DNA of 64,000 bases from an uncultured delta proteobacterium (lineage in GTDB: Bacteria > Desulfobacterota > Desulfomonilia > Desulfomonilales > Desulfomonilaceae). A model generated the notes under the pieces. It made no database searches. It saw only the letters and a list, made by a program, of their open reading frames with translations, and had not been told where the DNA came from. The stretch spans positions 576,001 to 640,000 of the forward strand of contig CAWBKB010000001.1 of the NCBI GenBank assembly GCA_963789265.1, in the 5' to 3' direction. The translations under genes were made by a program, and so were the position numbers. Below, in pieces: positions 1-9,099 of the stretch. Position 1 is the stretch's first letter. Each line of letters starts with the position of its first letter.

Positions 1-151
1 TAATGTTCCAATCTTTCGGCAGGAGGGCAGCCACAGTCAGGAGACCCAGCGGCGGGCTGTAAGCCTTTTTCGATGCCAATCGGATAACCCTATCTTCCTG
101 GCTTATGCTGAGATTTCGGGGACTTTTGGGGTACACTAATAGGATGTTCAT
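1..151 (-). CDS. B12-binding-domain radical SAM protein, N-terminal part (runs off window)
   Basis: Manual translation MNILLVYPKSPRN...YSPPLGLLTVAALLPKDWNI; the PPLGL(L)TVAALLP motif is typical of this family; G-rich RBS upstream. Confidence 0.75.
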   Translation of the reverse strand, partial: MNILLVYPKSPRNLSISQEDRVIRLASKKAYSPPLGLLTVAALLPKDWNI

Positions 152-228
152 AATATTTCCCCCCTGAAGGTATCCTGAGATCCCTATTCCTGTCAATCTG
201 CACGCCTTGGCCAATTGTCGGATGGTCA

Positions 229-291
229 AATCCCGGGACACCATACCTAATTGGGGCTACGATCCGCAAATCAAATAAAGTGTCCTCAGAT
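229..291. repeat. Short imperfect palindromic element, CCGGGACACCATACCTAATT class
   Basis: aatcccgggacaccatacctaatt...aaataaagtgtcctcagat; similar units at 9139-9201 and 9960-10024, and inverted at 2882-2904. Confidence 0.7.
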
Positions 292-470
292 CTCGCAGAT
301 ACAAGCTCTGGAGCTCTTTCTCACAACCATGTCCGAAAACGTCTTGCTTCAATAGCGAACTGCCATCAACATAGGACTAGAGCATTGAAATCAACGAGCC
401 GTAGTCTGAAACACGTGTGGGACAAGAATCGCGCGGGATTTCATGCATCCGCGTGCTGGAGGCTTTAGAC

Positions 471-1922
471 ATGATACTTGATAAACGAATCTGCGACAGG
501 GCGCGGTTGGCGAGAGACCCTCGGTTCGACGGCCTGTTTTTCGTAGGTGTTATGAGCACAGGTATTTATTGCCGGCCGATATGCCCGGCACGTTCGCCTA
601 AACCGGAGAACATTGTATACTTTGCTTCCGCGGCAGCAGCGGCTGAAGCCGGGTTGCGACCCTGTCTCCGATGCCGGCCCGAGGCGGCACCGGGCAGTCC
701 GGCCTGGAACGGCACGTCAGCCACGGTTTCCCGGGCCATGTTGCTGATACGTCAGGGTGCATTAAATGAAGGGAGCCTGGAGGACTTGGCCTCGAAACTT
801 GGTGTGGGCAGTCGTCACCTGCGTCGGTTGTTTCAAACCCATATCGGCGCTTCACCCAAAAGTCTGGCCACGACCCAAAAGATCCTTTTCGGAAAAAAGC
901 TGCTGAACGAAGCGGATCTGTCCGTCACCCAAATCGCTTTTGCATCAGGGTTCGGCAGCATTCGGCGATTCAATGCAGCGTTCGGCAAGATCTATGGCAC
1001 AACCCCGTCGGCAATTCGAAGGCGGAATATTAGCAACAAGACCTCCGGGGGAGGGCTTTTCCAATGCACGTTGACCTTATCTTACCGCCCGCCCTTTGCT
1101 TGGCAGCGCATGCTGGGATTTTTCGAGTTGCGGGCGATACCGGGTGTGGAATTCGTTGCAGAAGGTGCCTATCGTCGTACCATCAGAATCCACGAGACCA
1201 CCGGCATGATTTCTGTGGCCCACTCGGCAAAAGAAAACGCACTGCTGCTGACAGTGGCCCTGCCGGACAGCCGCGACCTGATGTCCACAGTTGAGAGGGT
1301 GCGGCGCATGTTTGACCTGGATGCTAATATCACAGCCATTCATGACGTCTTAGCCGCAGACCCCGTGCTTGAAAAGTTAGTGGCCAAACATCCCGGCCTC
1401 AGGTTGCCCGGCTCCTGGGATCCTTTTGAAACAGCCATACGGGGAGTTGTGGGCCAGCAGGTCTCAGTCAAGGGAGCCCGCACTATTCTCGGACGCATCG
1501 CTGCAAAAGCAGGGCCGAGCTTTGAATCCGCGGATAATCCGGAACTCACGCACTTGTTCCCAACCGCGCACGAGTTGAACACTTGCGATCTGCGAGGGAT
1601 CGGTATGCCCGGAACGCGGCTCCGGACCGTCAAAGCGCTGGCGGAAGAAGTGCATCGCGAAAGACTCTCTTTTGTGGTGAAAGGGTCCCTCTCGGAATTC
1701 ATTGAACAATTGACTCGGATTCCCGGTATAGGCGACTGGACGGCCCAATACATTGCCATGCGGGGAATGAGTGAACCCGACGCCTTTCCAGCCGGCGATC
1801 TGGGCATCGTCAAGGCGTTGCGGCAGGGCGACAAACGGATTACCCCGAAACAAATCTTGCAAAGAGCTGACAAATGGCGCCCGTGGCGTGCTTACGCGGC
1901 CATGTATCTGTGGCAGGGCTAA
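471..1922 (+). CDS. alkA: AdaA-AlkA fusion: Ada Zn-binding/AraC domain plus DNA-3-methyladenine glycosylase II
   Basis: GIYCRPIC...PCLRCRP Ada motif, AraC HTH (IAFASGFGSIRRFN), HhH motif PGIGDWTA and PWRAYA. Confidence 0.93.
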   Translation: MILDKRICDRARLARDPRFDGLFFVGVMSTGIYCRPICPARSPKPENIVYFASAAAAAEAGLRPCLRCRPEAAPGSPAWNGTSATVSRAMLLIRQGALNEGSLEDLASKLGVGSRHLRRLFQTHIGASPKSLATTQKILFGKKLLNEADLSVTQIAFASGFGSIRRFNAAFGKIYGTTPSAIRRRNISNKTSGGGLFQCTLTLSYRPPFAWQRMLGFFELRAIPGVEFVAEGAYRRTIRIHETTGMISVAHSAKENALLLTVALPDSRDLMSTVERVRRMFDLDANITAIHDVLAADPVLEKLVAKHPGLRLPGSWDPFETAIRGVVGQQVSVKGARTILGRIAAKAGPSFESADNPELTHLFPTAHELNTCDLRGIGMPGTRLRTVKALAEEVHRERLSFVVKGSLSEFIEQLTRIPGIGDWTAQYIAMRGMSEPDAFPAGDLGIVKALRQGDKRITPKQILQRADKWRPWRAYAAMYLWQG

Positions 1923-1941
1923 AAGGTAAACGTTCCGCGGG

Positions 1942-2128
1942 AAGAAGGATTCACCGCAGAGCACTCGGAGAACGCAGAGAGAATAGATGCTCATGATAAC
2001 AATGGTTGAGGTGCCTGGATGACTTTTTGGGGCGGAAATTGATTCTGAATGAAACAGGTTCATCCTGCCATGCATTTCTCGGCAGAATGAAGGAGAAGGA
2101 AATTTCTCTGCGATCTCTGCGGTGAATA
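1942..2128. repeat. Inverted repeat pair TTCACCGCAGAG...CTCTGCGGTGAA (dispersed REP-like family)
   Basis: Arms at ~1950 and ~2115; related arms at ~47328/47850 and ~38338/38475. Confidence 0.65.
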
Positions 2129-2151
2129 ACTATGCTAAAGGAGGCAGCATA

Positions 2152-2655
2152 ATGTTTTACGACTATTTTGAAACCGGTTTGATCGGGACTCTGACTCTTG
2201 TGGGAGACGAAGAGGGTCTGCGGCACATCCTTTTTCCAAAGGAGAAAAATCCCATCACGATCCGGGCCGATTGGAAAAAGAAGCACGGATTCTTTGCGCC
2301 GGTCAAAGCTCAATTGCGGGCCTATTTCAATGGTGAATTGAAACAATTCGATCTCGTGCTGGCTCCTGTGGGGACTCCGTTTCAGCTCAAAGTATGGCAG
2401 GCATTACGCACCATCCCCTACGGAGAGCTGGCCAGCTACAAATCCATTGCTGAAGCTATCGGCAACCCAAAAGCGGTCAGGGCCGTGGGCGCAGCCAACG
2501 GGCGAAACCCCATTCCCATCGTCGTGCCGTGCCACCGTTGTATCGGCAGCGACGGCTCTCTGGTTGGTTTCGGCGGCGGCCTGGACACCAAGAAGCGCCT
2601 CATTGATCTGGAACGGTCTAATGTTGGCGGGCCTTGTAGCCAGGTGGCGGAATAA
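2152..2655 (+). CDS. ogt: Methylated-DNA--protein-cysteine methyltransferase
   Basis: GTPFQLKVWQAL, RAVGAAN and active-site PCHR; RBS AAGGAGG before ATG 2152. Confidence 0.95.
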   Translation: MFYDYFETGLIGTLTLVGDEEGLRHILFPKEKNPITIRADWKKKHGFFAPVKAQLRAYFNGELKQFDLVLAPVGTPFQLKVWQALRTIPYGELASYKSIAEAIGNPKAVRAVGAANGRNPIPIVVPCHRCIGSDGSLVGFGGGLDTKKRLIDLERSNVGGPCSQVAE

Positions 2656-2699
2656 ACCACCGGGGGGCTGCGTGGATGTCAAATTTCAAGACCTGATCC

Positions 2700-2904
2700 G
2701 GCTACGTTTGACTCGGCGACGTTGAGCCATCAAATCAATATAGACGCCGTAGGTCTCATGACGAAAAAAGGCCGGTAGTCTGTGATTGCCGCGCTGTATA
2801 ACGTGATGAGGCATTCCCGGAGCGACCACTCGTGCTACTTGACCCATAACCGAATCTTGGAAAATCAGACCCGTTAGGCAACAATTAGGTATGGTGTACC
2901 CGGG
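2700..2904 (-). pseudogene. Truncated REP-associated tyrosine transposase (RAYT/Y1) 5' fragment with its terminus
   Basis: From ATG 2847: MGQVARVVAPGMPHHVIQRGNHRLPAFFRHETYGVYIDLM, matching the RAYT N-terminal HHVxQRGN pattern; terminus CCCGGGTACACCATACCTAATTG at 2904-2882. Confidence 0.8.
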
Positions 2905-3465
2905 ACTCTGCCTACCTGGAACTCAATGCTTTCAACCAAGGTTATAAGGGAGACATCGCTAATGAGGTTTAGAGAACAGACTCAACTCACCAATATCAAG
3001 CCTGGTATAAATCTTCAACATGCACAACTGTAAGTGTCGTCAGTGCACATACGTAGTTGACGTCGAGCAGCTACATCTGATAGACATTTGAGATGCACCC
3101 AAGGAAATGGGGTGGTAGGGCCATTTTTGCATAAGAGAAGTGACGGGCAACCGGAAACATTCCGATTGGCTGCTCTACGTTCAGTTAAGTATGCTCAGGC
3201 AGAGAATAAAATTGGCTTTTCGGCACCGTCGTGAGAATTTTGGATCTGACGACCAGGGGAGGAGATGGGCCCCCTTTTCGCGGTCAACGCGGCCACGTTT
3301 CGCCCAGTCTGCGGTTCAAGGAACATTGGATTCGCAAAACCGGCCTATAATTGTGAGTAATGATGAACCGCGATCTCCGGGGAGGGAAAATTCGGGGTAA
3401 TGCGACGGCCAATTAGACTCCAAAAACATAGGCGATAATTCACCTCGTTGAAGGAGGAGGCAAAA

Positions 3466-4035
3466 ATGAAGATTGCAAGCGTATTGGGCAGCCCCCGCCC
3501 GAAAAAGGGCAACACGGCAAAGGTTCTAGGGTGGGTCGAAGAACAACTAAGGGTGAATGGTCACTTCGTTGATCGTATCAACATAACAGACAAAAAGGTG
3601 AATGGCTGCAAAGAATGCTACACGTGTCAAGGTATTCCCGACGAGCCGGGCTGTCCCCAAGAGGATGACGCAAAGGAAATCTTTGAGCGACTAATCGCTT
3701 CCGACCTCATACTGTTGGCCTCGCCACTTTTTTGCTGGGGCTTCTCTTCGCAAATCAAGCCGTTAATAGACCGTTGTTTCTGTCTAGTTACAGGTTACGG
3801 AACTCCGAAATGGAAGTCGCTCCTTGAAGGAAAACGAGCTGGGCTTCTGGTAACGTGCGCGGGTCCTATCGAAGAAAACGCGGACCTCGTGGTGAAGATG
3901 TTCAACAGGCTGATGGAGTACACGAAATGCAGCGTCCCTGGAACCCTTGTAATACCGTTTGCGACCACACCTGATGCCATGGGCGAGGAAATCAAGGCGC
4001 AAGCCGTGAAATTTGCCCACAAGTTCAGGTCCTGA
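3466..4035 (+). CDS. Flavodoxin family / iron-sulfur flavoprotein (NADPH-dependent FMN reductase-like)
   Basis: LGSPRPKKGNT phosphate loop, CxxCxxC...C motif, ASPLF; strong RBS. Confidence 0.88.
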   Translation: MKIASVLGSPRPKKGNTAKVLGWVEEQLRVNGHFVDRINITDKKVNGCKECYTCQGIPDEPGCPQEDDAKEIFERLIASDLILLASPLFCWGFSSQIKPLIDRCFCLVTGYGTPKWKSLLEGKRAGLLVTCAGPIEENADLVVKMFNRLMEYTKCSVPGTLVIPFATTPDAMGEEIKAQAVKFAHKFRS

Positions 4036-4165
4036 AATGCCATTAAAGGTCGCACGGAAATTACAATATGCTTCAGTCAAATTCAGGTAACAACTGTCTG
4101 TGCGGATAAGCCATCATAGATTAGCGTCGATCTCAAATTTCAAGGCCTTTTAATGGGTGACCCCC
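4024..4165 (+). mobile_element. ~140-bp MITE, GGGGTCAG class, copy 1 (degenerate)
   Basis: Aligns along its length with 4984-5125; ends tcaggtcctgaaat / atttcaaggcc...tgacccc. Confidence 0.7.
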
Positions 4166-4184
4166 TGCTTTTTCTTTCTCATAA

Positions 4185-4853
4185 TTATTTCTTCTCTTTA
4201 AGTCGTTTGCGGCGAGCAAGTTCGGCATCAGTGGGAGTCTCAAGCGCGAACGATCCTGTCTTGACTTCGCCGGCGCGTGCGTACGAGGCAATGATCACTC
4301 CGGTAGGCGAAGTCTTGCTCTCAAGCAACTTGAATCCAACCGGAATTGTCCCTTCCGCGAATAAGCGCTTGCCCCTGCCCAGAGTAATGGGGAATATTTT
4401 CAGCCAAAGCTCATCGACCAGGTCATGCTTCAAAAGCGTTTGAATGAGATTGCCGCTGCCGTGAACTTGTATTTCGGGTCCGTCCTGCTCCTTAAGCTTT
4501 TTAACTTCCTTCGCGACATCTCCCTTGAGGAGTTCGGAATTTCTCCAGTCAAGCTTTTTCAGCGTCTTCGAAGCTACATATTTCTTTGCGTTATTAATTC
4601 CGGCTGCAAAGGGATCTTCATTGGTCTTCACATACGGCCAGTGGGCTGCGAATATCTCGTACGTCTCTCTTCCGAGCAATAAATGAAAAGGTTTACTCAT
4701 TTGCTCGACCATCACTTTGCCAATGAAGTCATCAAAGTAACCGGCAACCCAGCCGCCGTGCTTGAACCCCGCCGTGGGATCTTCTTCAGGCCCGCCCGGA
4801 GCCTGCATCACGCCGTCAAGGGTTATGAATGACAAAACAACAAGTTTTCTCAT
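4185..4853 (-). CDS. Dihydrofolate reductase family (RibD C-terminal-like) protein
   Basis: MRKLVVLSFITLDGVMQAPGG, LLGRETY, VHGSGNL, LVDEL, LGRGKRLF. Confidence 0.9.
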   Translation of the reverse strand: MRKLVVLSFITLDGVMQAPGGPEEDPTAGFKHGGWVAGYFDDFIGKVMVEQMSKPFHLLLGRETYEIFAAHWPYVKTNEDPFAAGINNAKKYVASKTLKKLDWRNSELLKGDVAKEVKKLKEQDGPEIQVHGSGNLIQTLLKHDLVDELWLKIFPITLGRGKRLFAEGTIPVGFKLLESKTSPTGVIIASYARAGEVKTGSFALETPTDAELARRKRLKEKK

Positions 4854-4983
4854 ATACTACCTCACTTTAAAACCCGACATCTGAGATGCGTCCTGCCCGC
4901 TGGAAGTTCCACCACTTTTATTCTTCCCACCTTAATTGATCTATTGCCTATATTTTCAAATGGCCGAAACCCCACATGATTTT

Positions 4984-5125
4984 GGGGTCAGATCTTGAAA
5001 TGCCAGTATAGGTCGCACAGAAATTTAAATATACTTCAGCCATATTCAAGTAACAACACTCTGTTCAGATAAGGCATCTGAGATTCGAATTAATGTCAAA
5101 TATTCAAGAATCAAGATCTGCCCCC
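4984..5125 (+). mobile_element. ~140-bp MITE, GGGGTCAG class, copy 2
   Basis: Terminal inverted repeats GGGGTCAGATCTTGA / TCAAGATCTGCCCC. Confidence 0.75.
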
Positions 5126-5370
5126 ATGCTTGTGCATTGGACTATAGACCTATCCGAAGACCGGCCCAAGAAATTGTGCTTGACTACAGGAACTATCGAG
5201 GGGTACTCTCGCAAAGGTCGAATAATAATCTCTTTTGACAATGTAAACCTCGTCGGGCTAGGTGGAGTGCGTCGCTTTCCGGGGGGCAAGGGAACCATTC
5301 TGTCTCCCTAAAGCAGTCCAAGAAACCCAAAATGCCAAGTCCATCGCATAATTAAGGGTCCAGTGTTGCA

Positions 5371-6327
5371 ATGGAAGTCCACGACATCCACGATTTTGTA
5401 GTATCATCCCAGCGGATGATAGAGGATGAATATGCACGAATCCAGAAACGAGCAACGGAAGACCCAGGAACTGCCGGGGACCAGGGGGAGGAGAACTGGG
5501 CCTCACTATTGAGGCTTTGGCTGCCTTCATATTTTCATATAGTGACAAAGGGACGGATATTGACTGAGTCGGGCTATGCTAGTCCCCAAGTCGATCTGAT
5601 AGTATTGATGCCATCGTACCCCAAAATTCTACAAGATAAAAAGCTGTATCTTGCCGGAGGTGTTGCGGCAGCATTTGAGTGCAAGACAACCCTGAAAGCA
5701 GATCACATCAGAGCGGCTTTGAAAACTAGCTCAGCACTTAGGCAAAATATTCCAAGACGCCAAGGAAGCCCATACAAGGAATTGAATTCAACCACCATTT
5801 ATGGGTTGCTCGCTCACTCGCACTCTTGGAAAGGTTCGAAATCCACACCAGTCGAGAACATAACTGGGACTCTTCTGGAATCTGATCTTGAATTCGTGCA
5901 CCATCCGGTCGAGTGTCTTGATTTCATCTGTGTGGCCGACCTTGCCACTTGGTCAGTAATGAAACACACCTATATTGGTCCAAGCATCGACCCCAGTTAT
6001 TCAGACGAGATGGTCACCAAGTACGGCAAAGAAGGGAGTGCCCAGTCCGTATATATGTGCGGTGCAATTCAAGGGGATAGGCAAGAGGCTTTCTTGTCGC
6101 CACTCGGTGCTTTGCTTTCCGGTCTATACACTAAACTGGCATGGACGTTCCCCGACATGCGAAATTTGGAGGAATACTTCCGAAAGGTGAACCTCCGAGG
6201 AAGCGGTGAAGGCAGGGCACGTATCTGGGACTTGTCAATTTATTCCGACAAGGTCAGACAGCGGGTCTGCAATGGGATGCTGGCCGGCGGAAATCTCTTC
6301 GATGAGTGGGCCATATTTTTTTTCTAG
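5371..6327 (+). CDS. NucC-like / DUF6602 PD-(D/E)xK nuclease-fold protein
   Basis: DPGTAGDQGEENW..LL..WLP...SPQVDLIV...AAFECKTT resembles the NucC motif series. Confidence 0.7.
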   Translation: MEVHDIHDFVVSSQRMIEDEYARIQKRATEDPGTAGDQGEENWASLLRLWLPSYFHIVTKGRILTESGYASPQVDLIVLMPSYPKILQDKKLYLAGGVAAAFECKTTLKADHIRAALKTSSALRQNIPRRQGSPYKELNSTTIYGLLAHSHSWKGSKSTPVENITGTLLESDLEFVHHPVECLDFICVADLATWSVMKHTYIGPSIDPSYSDEMVTKYGKEGSAQSVYMCGAIQGDRQEAFLSPLGALLSGLYTKLAWTFPDMRNLEEYFRKVNLRGSGEGRARIWDLSIYSDKVRQRVCNGMLAGGNLFDEWAIFFF

Positions 6328-6418
6328 AGCGCCTTACCATCCGTCACCCCGGATGGCGAAGCCATATTACGAATGCCCGAAAAGAGAAAGGGGAAAGGGT
6401 TGGAAAGGGGTCAGGAAA

Positions 6419-6503
6419 GGGGTCAGATCTATTCTTGACTCATTTTCGAACCGCTTCACAGCGAGCGACTCGCACAATATGAGTCAAGAGTAGACGTGAC
6501 CCC
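6419..6503. mobile_element. 85-bp palindromic MITE, GGGGTCAG class
   Basis: GGGGTCAGATCTATTCTTGACTCA ... TGAGTCAAGAGTAGACGTGACCCC, ~24-bp imperfect inverted repeat. Confidence 0.75.
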
Positions 6504-6513
6504 TTGCACAAAC

Positions 6514-6695
6514 TTTTGTGGTAACATGAGTTCATGTCAAGAACCGCACGAGCTTCTGTCGGTGAGGTCTACTACCACGTGTTGAACTGCGGCAATGCGC
6601 GCCAAGAGGTCTTTCATCAGGGATTCGCGCTTCGGCCTCGCGGACGGCCAAGAACGGACCCGAAAAAGTGGCATGTCCACTTTTCCCCCAGGTGA
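6514..6695 (+). pseudogene. Internally deleted mini-RAYT, copy 1
   Basis: ATG 6534 reads MSRTARASVGEVYYHVLNCGNARQEVFH joined to ALRPRGRPRT (RAYT N-terminus fused to RAYT-type C-terminus); followed by GCATGTCCACTTTT end. Confidence 0.8.
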
Positions 6696-6961
6696 AACCG
6701 GACGGCTCAAATAAGGCATCGGAGTTCGCGAGGATGTCAAATTCCGAGACCTGGCCACCTGCTTGCTGGGCTACGTCCCGTGATGGGGATAGCCCGGGAC
6801 CAAAATGCTCGATAGAGAAGCCATAGGGGGATGCTATTTAAGGGCAGCCCACAAGTCAACAACAAATCAGTGTTGTGTTCCGGGAATTCGCCCAGCTTTT
6901 CATATGACTTGTCTCTCATCAGTATCCCGCTAAAATCAGTGATGAGGAATGGAGGCGACAC

Positions 6962-8230
6962 GTGCTGCGATCAGACATTTCAGATTGGGTTGTGCATTTT
7001 GTTCATAGGAGAAATCCTGACAATTTGATTTACGATAATGGTGGTGAGATAATCTCATTGCCAATCGCGTATGCGAAGGGAAAAGCTATTTTCGCAGGAG
7101 ATTGGGATTATGACGATAAGGATTACGGAATTGAAGACGACGCGTATGCATTCGCAGTTCTCCTCAAAATTCTCGATGATGGACATATCCGAGCCAATTG
7201 GTCGTATCGGAATGGCAAACCTACCATTTATGGGCCACGAGCCGCTGTGTGTTTCACTGAAATGCCTCTCTATGCTCTTATGGATTATGCCCAGTGGAGA
7301 GATAATGAATACGCGGTTGATTTCTACGGGGTAGCGGTTCTTAGAGATGAACTCTTTAGGTTTGGAGGACGTCCAGCAATTTACGGGTTATCTTCATCTC
7401 ACAAAGAGGCAACAGAAGGAGATCCTTATTACCGTTACGGTGGCCGGACATTGGCATACGAGTGTGGCATTGCTCCACACGAACAGTACAGATATGTATC
7501 GACTCGTCTCGGATGTTCATCACGAATTGATTGGACTCACGAACGAGAATGGCGTTGGACAAAAGATTTCAAGAATGATTTGTTTGATATTCCTGGATTA
7601 CCATTATGGTTAGCAGATGGCGGAGTGCAATTTAGCTCGATACTGATAATCGTTTCCAATTCGGAAGAAGTATCGATGTTTCTGGATAAAATGAAGGAAT
7701 ACCACGACAGCGGATCCAATAACTATGACCTCCAATTCAACCGGGATATTTTGAGAAATACGCGGGTGATTTCATTAGAAGAGATTTCTGATGCGCGTAA
7801 GAAAAAGGCAGATCTTCGAGTAGACGATTTGCCTTTCCATTCTTTGCCAAGAATTTCTCCAAGAAAACCCTCAACTCAGATGCTTGATCGAGTAAGGACC
7901 GCAATGTCCGAGGCTCAGAAAAAAGCAGAGGAGGCAGCGAAAGACTTTATCGCAAAATTACCCAGAGACGAACAAGGTAGATTAATGCAGGTGTACTTCG
8001 GATTTGCCACGGTGGTTACTTACGAATCGCACACTGAATGTACAGAAGCATTACTCCAACTTGGTTATGCTAAACCGATCGGAGGACTTGGCTACCTCAT
8101 CTATGTGGCTACAGAAGGAGTTTCGAGTGAAGGACAATTGAATGTAGCCGAAGCGGGCGCTTATGAGGCCGCAAGAATTCTTACTGATCGTTTAGGACAG
8201 CCTTTTTTCGTGACGTCTCGACTAGACTGA
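6962..8230 (+). CDS. DUF4427 / AbiGi-like protein, putative ADP-ribosyltransferase-like fold
   Basis: DISDWVVHF, TIYGPRAAVCFTEMPL, GGRPAIYG, IDWTHEREWR; GGAGG RBS before GTG; visibly AT-richer than flanks. Confidence 0.65.
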   Translation: MLRSDISDWVVHFVHRRNPDNLIYDNGGEIISLPIAYAKGKAIFAGDWDYDDKDYGIEDDAYAFAVLLKILDDGHIRANWSYRNGKPTIYGPRAAVCFTEMPLYALMDYAQWRDNEYAVDFYGVAVLRDELFRFGGRPAIYGLSSSHKEATEGDPYYRYGGRTLAYECGIAPHEQYRYVSTRLGCSSRIDWTHEREWRWTKDFKNDLFDIPGLPLWLADGGVQFSSILIIVSNSEEVSMFLDKMKEYHDSGSNNYDLQFNRDILRNTRVISLEEISDARKKKADLRVDDLPFHSLPRISPRKPSTQMLDRVRTAMSEAQKKAEEAAKDFIAKLPRDEQGRLMQVYFGFATVVTYESHTECTEALLQLGYAKPIGGLGYLIYVATEGVSSEGQLNVAEAGAYEAARILTDRLGQPFFVTSRLD

Positions 8231-8256
8231 TTGATCCTCGCGTAACGCAACACAAG

Positions 8257-8423
8257 AAAAAGGGACATTCCTCTTTTCTGTTGCTCTGACAGGCTATTGT
8301 AGTAACACGAATTTACGCCGGGGACCGCACGAGCTTCAGTCAGTGAGGTCTATTACCACGTGTTGAACCGAGGCAATGCTCGCCGCGAGGTCTTTCATCA
8401 GGCATTCGCGCTTCGGCCTCTGA
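8257..8423 (+). pseudogene. Internally deleted mini-RAYT, copy 2
   Basis: AAAAGGGACATTCC terminus, then PGTARASVSEVYYHVLNRGNARREVFHQAFALRP; same deletion junction as copy 1. Confidence 0.8.
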
Positions 8424-8425
8424 AT

Positions 8426-8902
8426 TCATGACCTTTCTTCAAACTCGTAAAGCTTCTCCACAGCGAACTCAAGATATTTCGCGCATTTCTCCTTCCAAAT
8501 TCCGGAAACAAGAAATTTCTGGTACTGGCCGGGTTTGGAAAAATCCATTCCAATAAGGTCCAAGCAGTTGATGTGGCCAAAGGTGTCTCTGAAGTTCTTG
8601 ACCAACTTAGCGGCGTGAAGACGTATGATAGCTCGCGACTCTTTCGCCTTTTCCTTATCCGCAAGGGAACACCGATGCCTCAGCGCAAGGGACACGGAGG
8701 ACGCGGACACTGCACCACACGGCGCTTGCTGCTGTCCACTTATGCCGCCCATGAAGGGGATGCAGGTCCAGAGAAAATCTTCGTTTTCCAGGCCATAAGT
8801 CTCCCACATAACTTGCAGGACTGCCGGCCCTCAATGATAGCCCGTTGTCATGAGTTCCGTAACACGGGCCTTTGCTTGATCGAGAGATATCTTTGTCGGC
8901 AT
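8426..8902 (-). CDS. C-GCAxxG-C-C family protein, probable selenoprotein (UGA at codon 24)
   Basis: GGAGGT RBS and ATG 8902; MPTK...TTGYH-UGA-GPAVLQVM continues in frame into the MGGISG...PCGAV...INCLDL...KCAKY ORF; hairpin follows UGA. Confidence 0.85.
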
Positions 8903-9099
8903 AGTCTACCTCCCTGGGTATTCTGGGGACACAATACCATTCTTGACGCGGAGAATTTCCGCAGCCTTCCAGGCTTTTCCTGCGCCCGGAGACAGGTATA
9001 TATTCTTTGCCTCATTTATTGCACACTGCGTAAATGGCTTTCCGATTGCCACAACGTTTCCGCCTGTCAGGAGACCGGGTCAGTTTGAAAGCTGTTCAC

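Noticed and set aside
2920..3400. Short ORFs between the RAYT remnant and the flavoprotein gene
   Set aside because: No convincing motif or family; possibly decayed gene fragments, but unsupported.
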